Assembly (NCBI RefSeq): GCF_009914755.1
Contig: NC_060941.1
Source: the human T2T-CHM13v2.0 reference genome, Homo sapiens
Reading direction: 5' to 3' (one strand)
Length of the DNA: 64,000 nt
Every line of letters begins with the position of its first letter. Position 1 is the stretch's first letter. The notes under the pieces were generated by a model. The model searched no databases, had not been told where the DNA came from, and saw nothing but the letters and a program-made list of their open reading frames with translations. Of this stretch, positions 48,501 to 62,322 are shown piece after piece. Both the position numbers and the translations under genes were made by a program.

Positions 48501-51500
48501 ACAAGCTGGAACTAATAGACATCTACAGAACACTCCATTCAACAACCATAGAATATCCATTCTTCTAAGTGCACATGGAACATATTCTAAGATTGACTAC
48601 ATGTACAGTTTTAAAGCAAGCCTCAATAAATTCAAAAAAGTTGAAATCATACCAAGCACACTATCAGACTATGGTTGAATAAAAAGATTAATGAAACCCA
48701 GAGTTGCTTTTCTGAAAAAAATAAAAATAAACAAGATTTAGACCACTAGCCAGCTTAACAAAGAAAAAAAAGAGAAGATCTAAATAAGCACAATCAGAAA
48801 TGACAAAGATGACATTACAGTTGATCCCACAGAAATGCAAAAGATCTTCAGAGAATACTGTGAACAACGCTGTGCACACATATTAGAAAATCTAGAAGAA
48901 ATAAATCGCTGGAAGCACACAATCTCCCAAGATTGAATCAGAAAGGATTAAAACCTTGAATAGACCAATATCAAGCTCTGAAATTGAATAAGTAATAGAA
49001 AACATGCCAACCAGAAAAAGCCCTGGACCAAATGAATCCATAGCCAAATTCTACCAGATGTACAAAGAACCGGTACCAATTCTACAGAAACTAGTTCAAA
49101 AAATCAAGGAGGAGGGACTCCTTCCTAAATCATTCCATGAAGCCAGCATCAGCTAGTACCAAAACCTGGCAGATACACGACAAAGAAAGAAAACTTCAGA
49201 TCAATATCCCTAATGAACATAGACACAGAGTCCTCAACAAAATACTAGCAAACTGAATCTAGCAGCACATCAAAAAGTTAATTCGCCATAATCAAGTAAG
49301 CCTTATTCCTCGGATGCAATGTTGGTTCAACATATGCATATCAATAAGTGTGACTCACCACATAAACAGAATTAAAAGCAAAAACCATATGATCATCTCA
49401 ATAGACACAGAAAAGGCTTTTGAAAAAATTCCACATCCCTTCAGGATTAAAACCCTCAATAGACTAGCTGTCAAAAGAACATACCTCAATATAATAAGAC
49501 CATCTATGACCAACCCACAGCAAACATCATATTGAACAGGGAAAAGCTGGAACCATTCCCTTGGGGAACTAGAACAAGGCAAGGACACCCACTCTCACCA
49601 CTCTTATTCAACATAGTACTGGTATTCCTAGCCAGAGCAATCAGGCAAGAGAAAGAAATAACAGGCATCTAAATGGGTAAGGAAGTCAAACTATCTCTTT
49701 ACTGACTATATAATTTTATACTTAAAAAACCCTAAAGACTCCATCAAAATGCTACTGGAACTGATAAACGATTATAGCAAGGTTTCAGATTACACATCAA
49801 TGTACAAAAATTAGTAGTATTTTTATACACCAATAACATCCAGTCTGAGAGTCAAATAAAGAACACAGTCTCATTTACAACACCCATACATAAAAATTAA
49901 ATACCTAGGAATACATCTAACCAAGGAGATGAAAGATCTGTACAAGGAGAACTACAAAACACTGCTCAAAGGAATCAGAGATGACACAAATAAATTTCTT
50001 TAAAAAAATCCCATGCTTATGGATTGGAAGACTCCACATCATTAAAATGGTCATAATACGCAAAGCAATTTACAGGTTCATGCCATTTCTATCAAAATAC
50101 CAATGTCATTCTTCACAGAATTAGAAAATCTATGCTAAAATGTATATTAAACCAAAGAAGAGCCCAAATAGCCAAAGCAATCCTTAAGCAAAAAGAAGAA
50201 AGTCAGAGGCATCACATTACCTGACTTCAAACTATATTATATGGCTAAAGTAACCAAAACAGCATGGTACTGGTGCAAAAACAGACACACAGACCAATAG
50301 AATGCAGTAGAAAATTTAGAAATAAAGCCACACACCTACGACCATCAAGTCTTCAACAAAGCTCACAAAAACAAGCTATGGGGGAAGTCCTCTCTATTTA
50401 ATAAATGGTGCTGGGATAACTGGCTAGTCATATGTAGAAGAATGAAACTGGACCCTTTTTTGTTATATACAAAAATTAATTCAGGGTGGATTAAAGATTT
50501 AGATGCAAGGCCTCAAACTATAAAAATCCTAGAAGAAAATTTAGGAAATATACTTCTCAACATCAGACTTAGCAGATAAATTTTGGCTAAGTCCCCAAAA
50601 GCAATTTTAACAAAAACAAAAATTGATAGCTATGACCTAATTAAACTAAAGAAAGTATTGTACAAAAGAAACCATCAACAGAGTAAACAGACCTACAAAA
50701 TGGGAGGAAATATTCACAAACTATGCATCTGACAAAGGTCTAATATCGAGAATCCATAAGGAACTTAAAGAACAAATAACCCCATTAAAAATGGGGAGAG
50801 GACATAAACAGACATTTCTCAAAAGAAGACATACAAGTAGCCAAACAAACATTTTTAAAAAATGCTCGTCATGACTAATCATCAGAGAAATGCAAGTCAA
50901 AACTACAGTGAGGTAGCACCTCATACCAGTCAGAATGGCTATTATTAAAAAGCCAAAAAACAACAGATGCTGGCAAGCTGAAGAGAAAAAGGAACACTCA
51001 TATACTGTTGGTGGAAATGTAAATTAGTTCAGCCACCATGGAAAGCGGTTTGAAGATTTCTCAAGGAACTTAAAACAGAGCAACCATTTGACCTAGCAAC
51101 CGCCTTGTTGGGTATATACCCAAAGTAATACAGATCATTATATCAAAAATACACATGCACTTCTATGTTTATCACCATGCTATTCACAATAGCAAAGACA
51201 TGGAATTAATCTAGGTGCCCATCATAGGAGGATTGGATAAAGAAAACATGGTATACATCCACCATGGAATACTATGCAACCATAAAAAAGAATGAAATCA
51301 TGTCACTTGCAGCAACATGGATGGAGCTGGAGGCCATAATCCTAAGTGAATTAATGTGGAAAGAGAAAATCAAATATTGTGTGGGAGGTAAACATTGAGC
51401 ACACATGGGCATAAATATGGGAACAAAAGATACTATGGTCTACTAGAGGGGTGAAGGAGGAAGGGGGAAATGGGTTGAAATACTACCTATTGGATACTAT

Positions 51501-51585
51501 GCTTACTACTTGGGTCCAACACACCTGTGTAACAACCCTACACATGTACTTGGTATATCTAAAATAAAAACTAAAAATTTAAAAA
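45591..51585 (+). mobile_element. Near full-length old L1 (L1PA16/17-like), inserted in a MIR
   Basis: 5'UTR GACAAGTTGGTCAACTAGACACAG; ORF1 from ~46914, ORF2 from ~47985 with a deletion of roughly 370 bp at ~48685 (relative to the L1 at 29264); TSD TATTAACTAA at 45581-45590 and 51589-51598. Confidence 0.92.
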
Positions 51586-51588
51586 GTA

Positions 51589-51778
51589 TATTAACTAACT
51601 CGATCCTCATAATAATCCACAAAATGGATGGGTGGCTATCGCTCACCCATCTCATTTCACAGATGGGGCACAGAAATACTGATTAATTTTCTGAAGGTCA
51701 CACAACCCATAAGAGGCAAAATTATAATTTAACCCCAGGAAGTCTAGCTTGAGTCCATGTGCTAACCTCTACACTAAA
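51589..51778 (-). mobile_element. MIR (its other part lies at ~45245-45280)
   Basis: ATCCTCATAATAATCC...CATTTCACAGATG...AAGGTCACACA is continuous with GTTCTAAGTGCCTTA before the Alu/L1. Confidence 0.75.
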
Positions 51779-51799
51779 TGCCAACACGGAGGTGGTGGT

Positions 51800-52185
51800 T
51801 TTGTTATTCTGTTTTGGATTGCTATAATAGAACACCACAAACTGGGTAATTTATATTTTTAAAAGAAATTTATTTCTTACATTTCTGGATGCTGGAAAGT
51901 CTGTGATCGAGGAGCCCACATTGGGCAAGGGTCTTCACGCTGCATCATCCCACAGCCAAATGCGTGAGGGCAAAAGAGTGAGAGAGAGCAAGAGAGGGTC
52001 TAACTCACTTTTATAAGAAGCCCACTCTTGCAATAACTTACTCCACCAATAATGACACTAATCTATTCATAAGGGCAAACATGACCTAATCACTTTTTAT
52101 TAGGCCCTACCTCCCAAAACACTGTTGCATTAGGGATTTCATTTCCAACCCATGAATTTTGGGGTACACATTAAAACCATGGCAG
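51800..52185 (-). mobile_element. MST-type (MSTB2/C/D-like) MaLR LTR
   Basis: TTGCTATAATAGAACACCACAAACTGGGTAATTTATA...ACCTAATCAC...CATTAAAACCATGGCA. Confidence 0.8.
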
Positions 52186-53279
52186 TGGTTTAAGCCAAGC
52201 ACCAGATAACCTTCAAACAAGTCTCAACACATTTTGGCAAAATAATACAACAAATATCAATGAAAACTTTAACTAAGGAGCAATAACAAAAGACTACATG
52301 GACATTACAATTTATGAAATGAGACTTAAAGATGAATTTAATTTTACTAGGCAAGAATCGTTTAAAGATACAGGGACCTAGGAAGAATAAACCTCATGAT
52401 CAATGGCATAACATTGAGAACTTCGGAATGTCAGGTAAAATTCAGCGTCCACCTTGTTCTGCATGTTAAGGGAATAGTAGGAGATACACCTATCCTGGCA
52501 ATCACACACACAGCAATGACTGTGGGATCAAAAAATCCAAGTCTCAATGCTGCTACTTATGCACCAGATGAACTTTGTCAAGGTCTTTAATCTCTCTGGG
52601 TCTCAGATGGGAATGAAAAGTCCACCTAATATTTTATTTGAAAGATTAAGTGAGAGTGTAAGTGTTCAAATTACTATTAACTAAAGCTAGGCCTGAGTGA
52701 AAAATAGGCTAGGACATTATTATGGAGAGATGTGAATTTCAGGCTGAGGAGATGCCATTGAAGACCTCTGAGAAGGTAAATAAAAGAGTAGCATGGTTAG
52801 AATTGTCTAAAGTTCAATCCAGTGCTCAGTATAGAAGGAGGTATAGGATATACAGGAGTGTGATAGGGCAGGGATCAGGAGAAGACTGGGAAATATTAAA
52901 ACTGGTTGAAATATAGTGAAGACCCATATTCTAGTTCTGGCATTTGGACCTGAAATAAAGACAGACATTTCAGAAACACTACAGAAGCAGATAAAAATAA
53001 TTTCACAATTATTTTGGATTTAAAATGGAGGGAAAAAAAAACCATCAGTGATTCTGAGACCTCAAGCCTGAGTGACTTGGAGAATAATCATGCCACCATC
53101 AACAAAACAAAATTTTGAGGAAGAAAAGCCCTTTTTGGGGAAAGGATAAATTGTATTATGATTTTGATCTGTATATATTGATTTTAAGGAATCGATAAGA
53201 CACCCTGGTTGAATTGTCCTGCAATCAGTTAGTTATATGCATTGGGAGCACAGGAAAGAGGAAGTGGCAAGATAGAGGG

Positions 53280-53780
53280 TGTGGTAAAGAGAATAATGAA
53301 CTTTTAGTGATATCACATCCTAATATCAGACCAACAAATAGATTACAGAGCAAAACGGAATTAAAGTTGGAGATATAATTAAGGTGAATAATCAGTTGAC
53401 CTTAAAATAGGGATATTATCCTGGATAATCTAGCTGGGCTCAGTATCATAAAAAAAATTCTTAATAAAAAAGGAGAAAGATGAAGAGGAATTTGCAGTGA
53501 AGTGATGTGAAAAGGATTTAACAAGCCCATTCAGGCTTTGAGGATGAGAAAAGGGGTCAAAAGACAAGGAACGTGGCTTTTCTAGAACTCAGAAATGGTA
53601 AAGAAAGAGATTACTTATTAGACCCTCTCAGAAGGAAATGCAAATGCCAACAGCTTGATTTTTAGCCCAGTGAAACTCAGGCAGACCTCTAAACTACAAA
53701 ACTTTAAGATAATAAATGTGTGTTGTTTAAGCCCCTAAATCTGTGCTAATGTGTTACAGCAGCAAACATGAACTAATATA
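53280..53780 (+). mobile_element. MLT1C/D/E-like MaLR LTR
   Basis: TGTGGTAAAGAGAATAATG...ATTATCCTGGATAATC...TTGATTTTTAGCCCAGTGAAACTC...AACTAATATA. Confidence 0.8.
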
Positions 53781-54114
53781 TAGTGATTTTTGGAATATTC
53801 AGGATGAAGATAATAATCAGGAACATTGTGATTCCAAACACTTCCTGAAAGTGGCCTGTGAAACAAAACTGCAGCTTTTTGAGAAAGCAGGAGTTGTAAG
53901 TTGTAAGTCCTTAGAATAAGTGTAGAGATATCTTGTTCCTGTACCAAGTTATTCAGAACCTTGGGAGTATACCAATCAGTTCATTTGCTGTGTAGAATCT
54001 TAATCTTGCAAAAAGGAAGTCAGCACGAATTATCTGAATTTATTCCAGGGTTCATTTTTATCTCCACTATCATCATGCATGATTCATTTCAGCACTGCAA
54101 GATAAAGAATTTCT

Positions 54115-54365
54115 GGTCAGGGATATTGACTCATGCCTGTAATCCCAGCACTTTGGGAGTCCAAGGTGGGCAGATTGCTTGTGTCGAAGGATTTAACACC
54201 AGCCTGGGTAATATGGTGAAACTTTGTCTCTACAAAAAATATAAAAAATTAGCTAGGTGTGGTGGTGTGCACCTGTAGTCCCAGCTATTCAGAAGGCTGA
54301 GGTGAGGGGAGACAGTAAGCAGAGATCCAGCCTGGGTGACAGAGCAAGATCCTGTCTCAAAAAAA
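54115..54365 (+). mobile_element. AluJ with a partly deleted right arm
   Basis: Diverged Alu; right monomer shortened. Confidence 0.88.
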
Positions 54366-54434
54366 GAAGAAGAAGAAGGAGAAGGGGAAGAGGAAGGGGA
54401 AGAAGAGAGAGGGGGAGGTGGAGGGGGAGGGGGA
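54359..54434 (+). repeat. Polypurine (GAA)n/G-run tract from the Alu tail
   Basis: AAAAGAAGAAGAAGAAGGAGAAGGGGAAGAGG...GGGGGAGGGGG. Confidence 0.85.
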
Positions 54435-54709
54435 TTGTTGTTGTTAAAGTTTCTTGTCTTGAGGAGAGGAATAAATTGATCAAACTTAGACAACTTAAGC
54501 CACCACTGAAAGAATGGAAATAGAAAATTTAGAAAATTTCAAGCTTCTCCTTTCCAGAAACTTGCATTCTATTTTCTGGAAAGATCCAGCTAATATCTCA
54601 CAGCATTCAACATGGGCTGCATAACTTATTTTGTGTCCTAGAGTGTCAGTCTTTGTTGCAGAGGAGATGTGGAATTGTTTGTGTTGATTTAAAAATAAAA
54701 ACTATAGCC

Positions 54710-55006
54710 GGCCAGTCACGGTGGCTCACGTCTATAATCCCAGCACTTTGGAAGGCCGAGGCGGGTGGATCACAAGGTCAGGAGATAGAGACCATCATGG
54801 CCAACAAGGTGAAACCCCGTCTCTACTAAAAACACAAAAATTAGCTGGGTGTGGTGGTGCGCGCCTGTAATCCCAGCTACTCAGGAGGCTGAGGCAGGAG
54901 AATCACTTCAACCAGGGAGTTGGAGGTTGTGGTGAGTTGAGATTGCACCACTGCACTCCAGCCTGGCAACAAAGCGAGACTCTGTCTCAAAAAAAAAAAA
55001 AAAAAA
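54710..55006 (+). mobile_element. AluSc-like SINE
   Basis: GGATCACAAGGTCAGGAGATAGAGACCATC and CCTGGCAAC variants; TSD-like AAAACTATAGCC / AAACACTAAAGCC. Confidence 0.92.
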
Positions 55007-55906
55007 ACACTAAAGCCAAATTAAAATTAAATTTTAAATAGTTTAATTGAGCAAAGAACAATTGATGAATCATTCCTCTTTTTTACAGCCCAGATATTTT
55101 ATTTCCTACAGCACCAGCACATAAAGCTGTGTCAGGATATCAGATTTCTTTAAGAGGTAGTAAGAAAAAATATATTTCAAAATACTTAACTACACCCTTC
55201 CCAAGGTTATAAGAAAAAGCACAATACCATTAATTAACTTATGAAAGTCACTTTATTAGCAAATCCCAGTTTTTAGCCTTATTTTCCTTCATTCTAGAAA
55301 AACAGCACATTTCTCCTTTTCAAACCAACACAGAAGAAATTTCTATCCCAATTTAGTTACTCTCCCACTCATGCCATCTCCAATCTCCAGCTCCACTCGA
55401 GAGCATGGGTGGAACCAAATTTAGCCAATACTTATGCCAGGAAATGTGGTAAGAGAGAGAGGGAAATCCAAAGCTTCAGCATAATAGTCAAGAGTAGACT
55501 TTAGCAAACCAAGTTCTGCCACCTTTGAAGTGAAGAATGAGGATTCTTTTTGCTTCTACAATGGGTAAATACTGGACTAAACATAAAACAAATAAAAATA
55601 GCTTTCACATGACAAGTATTAATTCTTGGTGACTATGCAAATAGTTCCAGAAAAAATAATATTTGGCATATATGCCATTGATATACTTACTCTTTTCCAC
55701 AGTAGGAATCATAGTTTATTTATATTATGAGAGATCTTCAAAAGTTAATGGAAAATGTAATTATGAAAAAAACCATGCATCGATTTTAAGAATTTTGCAC
55801 CAAAATAAACTCATACTAACTTGTTGTGACATGTCTGAATGGGGTCTAATTTGAGGCACTAAAAAGGATAAGACATTAGTTTGAAAAGAGCCCTTATCAG
55901 AGCAAC

Positions 55907-57315
<1,409 letters not shown>

Positions 57316-58759
57316 TTCATGAACTTTTTGAAGTTACCTTGTAATATTTGAAAATCTTCCAGGGCCCTTCCAATGCCAAAAACACACACCTTTTTCCCCT
57401 GACCCTCTGTCAGTCTTCTGAATTTAAAGCTGGGCTCTGGGACTTACCAGTGTGAGAATGTATGTCCACTAATGTTTAGATAGATATTGGACAAAAATTT
57501 TCAAATTTACATTTTTCACTTCTTGGGCGATGTAAATTCATTGTCAACAACTGCATTCTCACCTGACTTTAGAAGAGGGTATATCTCTCAAACCCTGTGG
57601 GTGAAGTATTCATTCAGATGGAAACAGTATGCTGACAAACTTCTCCTGATGAGTTGTTTGTTTATTTTCTGAAATGATGACATTAATTGGCCAAGAAGGA
57701 GAGCACAGTGTGCAGGAAACACACAGAGGGAGTTGAAAGGCTGCTTCCAACTGCTCACTGTCCTTATTGGAAATCCTCATGAGCCTCAATGAAGGGTATA
57801 TCTACTTCAGATTGCCCCTTTTTTCTCCTCTTTGGGCTATGTGATCTATGATTGCAATTAGCTTGGACATCAACATTGTAAATATGTGACAGCTAATGGT
57901 TGCGTGGTATAAACACTCATAAGATATGCTAAAACTGACAGCTTTAATGTAATCAACTCCATGCAGCAGCCACCTTGTAGGGCTGTAGTTTTGAGTATAG
58001 AACATCTGGAGTTACACTTTAATTGGTGGTTGTAATTGTTGCACAGCTGTTTGTAACAGTTCTAGCTATGTTAATCACGACTGCAATGATGCTTATCGGG
58101 AAGCAGCACTAGAGTCCAATTCATGAGTATCAACAGTTGTTGATTCAGAAAGTCACATTGTGTATTTCCTTACTTAGCATCATATAAAAAGCACACAGAA
58201 AAGAATAAATGAAATAAAAAGTTCCAATTCATCCATCTGTAAGTGTGTTTGAGTTCAGAAACATTAACAGATTGTTTCCTGAAATGTACAACCAACCCAC
58301 TCAAAATGAGGGCCCATCATTGTGTTGCCGGAGACTCTCTGTAGAAATATGGGATAAAGTGTTGTTAACCTTCCATTAAAAAAATAGTATCTACCAGAAT
58401 ATCCCTGAAGAACTGAATGTGATATATGACACAGAAAATAAGCCACAAGTTTCATGAAAAAGATGAGAACCTCCATGCTCTAAACTGGAAAGGGAGTATT
58501 TGTTTTTTTCTTCACATGCATAATGGATTATCAGTGTGATAAAAGTGTTCAAAAAGTTCCACACCTAGCATCAAGTCAGAATTTCTACTCTGCTGCTACA
58601 AATGTGGACATCTTGAGCAAGTCATTTTGTGTTCCTAAGTTTCAGTTTTCTCATCAGTAGAATGAAAGAATAGGATTCGATTGTTTGTGAAATCTCTTCC
58701 ATCTCTCATATCTTTTGTACAAACTTGACTGTTAATTTTAATTTTATTTTTTTTACCAG

Positions 58760-58933
58760 GTCACCCAAGAGCTCTGATCTGACTTTTTAAAAGCTACTTA
58801 CTCTCCTGAAGTTTCTAGTTACCAAATAGAAAGACACAAAATTCAGAAAGCTAGGGCTCAACAATAGGAGAATAATGAAGAGAACTTTCAGGATAATGGC
58901 TGTAAAACAGGTCCCAGAAAACACCTAGTTCAG
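58760..58933 (+). other. Candidate non-coding exon
   Basis: TTTTATTTTTTTTACCAG|G acceptor and CAG|GTGAGA donor; 174 nt; stops in all frames. Confidence 0.3.
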
Positions 58934-60438
58934 GTGAGAGCCAGTAACAGGAGTTCACTAAGAAGGAGTCTCCCAGCAAACTATCAACGAATGCTTTGAA
59001 TAGAAGGAAATTACTGATAGGTACTGGATAAAGCCATTGAAACATCTGGATAGAAGAAATGGTAATTGATGCCCTCAAAGAAAGCAAATGGGGAAAAAAA
59101 TAGCATATGAAATTTTAACCAAGAAAGGAAATGGGTTTGTGGCATGCTTTTTAGATCAACAATGAAAGTAATAAGATGGCCACTGATTTTTGATGGAACA
59201 AAAAAGCTGAAGGGTAACTGTTTTGAAAACAGAGGAAAGAGAAATTTAGTGTGGAGGTAGGTAAAGGAGCTGAATGTTTATCCACTGTCTTCCAACTAGA
59301 CTGTAATTTCTGGACAATGTCAAAGTGATAATGTCTAAAATGGATAAATCAAGACATTAAAGAGCAAGTACATTATTTAGAAGATAATAGCAGAAAATAC
59401 AAGAAGAAACAACAAAAGTAAACTAATGAAATAAAAATAAATTGGTTTAGGGGAGTACGGTTGTGGGGTGGGGTAGATAAATTTTTATAATTGATTTGTC
59501 ATAATTTTTTATCTGTTATAAGCCTTTTAAAATGATGTGTCTTTTTGACATATATATATTATTGACATGTATATTTGACACATTTATATGGTTTACCCTG
59601 AAAAGCAATATTTAGTCTGAAAGTAAATAAAAACTTCACTCCTGCTTTTAGTGATAAATACAAGTCAGAGGCATTAAGAGACTGAGCATTAGTTATGGAA
59701 TTTCACGTTTCTGGGAACAAATATTTGGAAACCTCAGGGTCCTCAGGGCTCTCTTATTACACCTTCCCATGAACAAGTCACATTCCTCACCATGATTTTG
59801 TATCCCTTCTGTTCTCATTGTCAAAAAAATCTTTCTTCCTCTCCTTGTGTGCCTACTAAATTCTTTTTACATTTAAAAAAACATAAAAAATATTTATAAA
59901 GCTTTTTGGATTTAACCTTTCCTATTTAGCACTTTTAATAATGTTGATGTGGCAATTTGAAATTTGCAAAACCCTTTTCACTTCATTTATTCATTTATTA
60001 CTTCATTTATTTTTCATTTGGGCCATTTATTTGTTAGTGCAATACATTTCCTGAGTTTCTACTCTGGGTCAATTACCTAGACAAGAACTGGTGTTAAAAG
60101 GCCAACAAAGGAGTTTTACTGGCCTCATAGCATTTCACATTTTCAGGAGGAGGCAATCAAACACAGAAAGTATGCAGATTAAGGATATTTGTGCTGTTTG
60201 TGGTTGTTTCTGTTTGTTTATTTCAGTCTTATGATTGAGATAAAAAATGTGATGCATGGTTTCTGGCTTGTATATTAGAATCTCACTGTTTCTGTAATGA
60301 ATATGTTTCAGCTCAAAATATATAATGAGACAAAAATTCATCCATAACTTTATGATTGATTAATCTAATTTCCTTAAGAAAATGTAGCTCGATTTAATCT
60401 TCTTCTTTTCTCTTCTCGTCCTCCCTCCCCCTCTCAAG

Positions 60439-60503
60439 CAATACGCCAACTAACCAACAGGCTGCCTTGCTGCCTCTGCTCTGACCCGCAGAAATGGTCC
60501 AGG
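60439..60503 (+). other. Candidate small exon (alternative acceptor at 60461)
   Basis: About 40-nt pyrimidine tract then CTCAAG|; ACTAAC followed by CAACAG|; AGG|GTAAGT donor. Confidence 0.35.
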
Positions 60504-61928
60504 GTAAGTTCACCATAAATTTTCGTGGCTTGCTCAGAGACTGGGGCTTCTGTGATGAATTTTTCTTCCATCCCCGAGGTGATGGTGCCCTGTTGGTGGG
60601 ATGAACTCTAAGCCTGTGTTTTAGTTCTATTTTCCTGGAAAGGATGAGATCTTTACAACAATGCCATGGTTCAGTGGGAAATCTGAGTCTCACTTTCCCT
60701 GTAATGCACTTCTACCCCAAAAGAAAATACGTCTGGATCCTTGAGCTGAGACTCAGACCCAGATCTTCTCATTCCAAAACCTGAGCTGGATCTAGTCTAC
60801 CATGCATCTCATTTTGCCACTCACTCAACCCTTATGGATTGTCAATCTTTAAGGGCAGTAAAAGTATCTCCATTTATCTTTGTATCTCCATGGCAAACAG
60901 CTCAGTGTCCTGTACATATAGACGTTCAATGATTATTTTTTTAAATGAAATACTCACTACAGCCTTTTAATGACAGTACTATCTCTGCAATTGAAACTAT
61001 TTCTTGCTATTCCATTGCCACTTAAATATATTTCACATTTTTCTCAAAAACCACTTGTACCATTTCTAGGCAGACTGAAACTTTTAAAAGTCATACTCCC
61101 TATGCCAGAGCCACAAGGGAAATAAGTCGGAAAGCAAGGAAAATAATTTTTAAAATTTCTTTGGTTCTCCAAGGGTTGCATGAGGATGACACAAAGTATT
61201 CAGGAGAAACCCAAGTGGATATTTGATTTTCTATAGCAGCTGAGACACAAACCTGTATCAGTTACGCAAGATCATCCGGAAACTTGAAACCAGTGGAATA
61301 GAACTCTTTTCATGTTAAACAAAAGCCATGGAGATGTGCCAGAGACTCAACAAATAAGGAAATATGTTACAGAGTGAAAATCCAAATTTCTGTTGAGTAA
61401 ATACTGGGGAAAAAAAGGCAATTTTTATTCTAAGAATTTAACCAGTTGGGGAAAATAGCAGACCCCCTTTAAAAAAGCCAGTATATATGTACCAGAAATA
61501 AAGATATATAATAAATAATTTTTTCCACCTAGTTAAATCATTATTCATTTTCATTAATTCATTCAACTAATATTTATCAAGTCCTGCTACAGAAAATTTG
61601 GTAGGTATTGAATATTTAAATACATTGCTAAATGTAAGAATATGACCTAGAGGAAAAGTTATATACAGAAACCCTGGAATGAAAGGATACTCCAAGAAGG
61701 ACCTAAAGTAAAAATAATTGCCTGAAACTGAGTATAATCTTTAACATGGTTTTTGAATATGGTCTTTTTATAGCTTTATTAAATGAAATTATAATTGGCA
61801 TGCAAAAACTGCACATATTTAAAATGTATAATGTAAGAAATTTGACATATGCCTACTTCCCTAAAACCAACACCACAATCAAGATAATGAACATAACCAT
61901 CCCCCCAAAATTTCCTTGCGTCCTTTTA

Positions 61929-62009
61929 TTAGGATGGTTACAAAAGAAATTATGATATTTGCCATTGGAAGTAATGGCAAAAACCGCAACAACTTTTGCA
62001 ACAACTTAA
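61929..62009. mobile_element. MADE1 MITE (normal length)
   Basis: TA|TTAGGATGGTTACAAAAG...GCCATTGGAAGTAATGGCAAAAACCGCAA...AACTTAA|TA. Confidence 0.9.
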
Positions 62010-62294
62010 TACACTTTCTTCCCACTATGCCTCTCAGGCCTTCTCCTCAGGCAACTATTGATTTGTATTCCGTCACTCTAGATTAGTTTGCATTTTAAAT
62101 AGTTGTATATAAATAGAAACAAAGTATATGCACTACTTCTGTCTGCAGTTTTTCACTCAGTATTATTATAAGGTTGTTCCGTATCCTTACATTTATCAAA
62201 AACCACTCTATTATATTGCTGAGTAGGACTTTATGGTATAGGTGTATCACAATTCATGTATCCATTGACCTGTTGACACTCGTGTTGTTGACAT

Positions 62295-62322
62295 CGAATG
62301 TCAACGTCGACGTTGACATTCG
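62295..62322. repeat. Perfect 28-bp palindrome
   Basis: CGAATGTCAACGTC|GACGTTGACATTCG. Confidence 0.97.

Noticed and set aside
60394-60693. 99-aa minus-strand ORF
   Set aside because: Starts in a MIR-like sequence and ends in the reverse of a pyrimidine tract; no homology recognised
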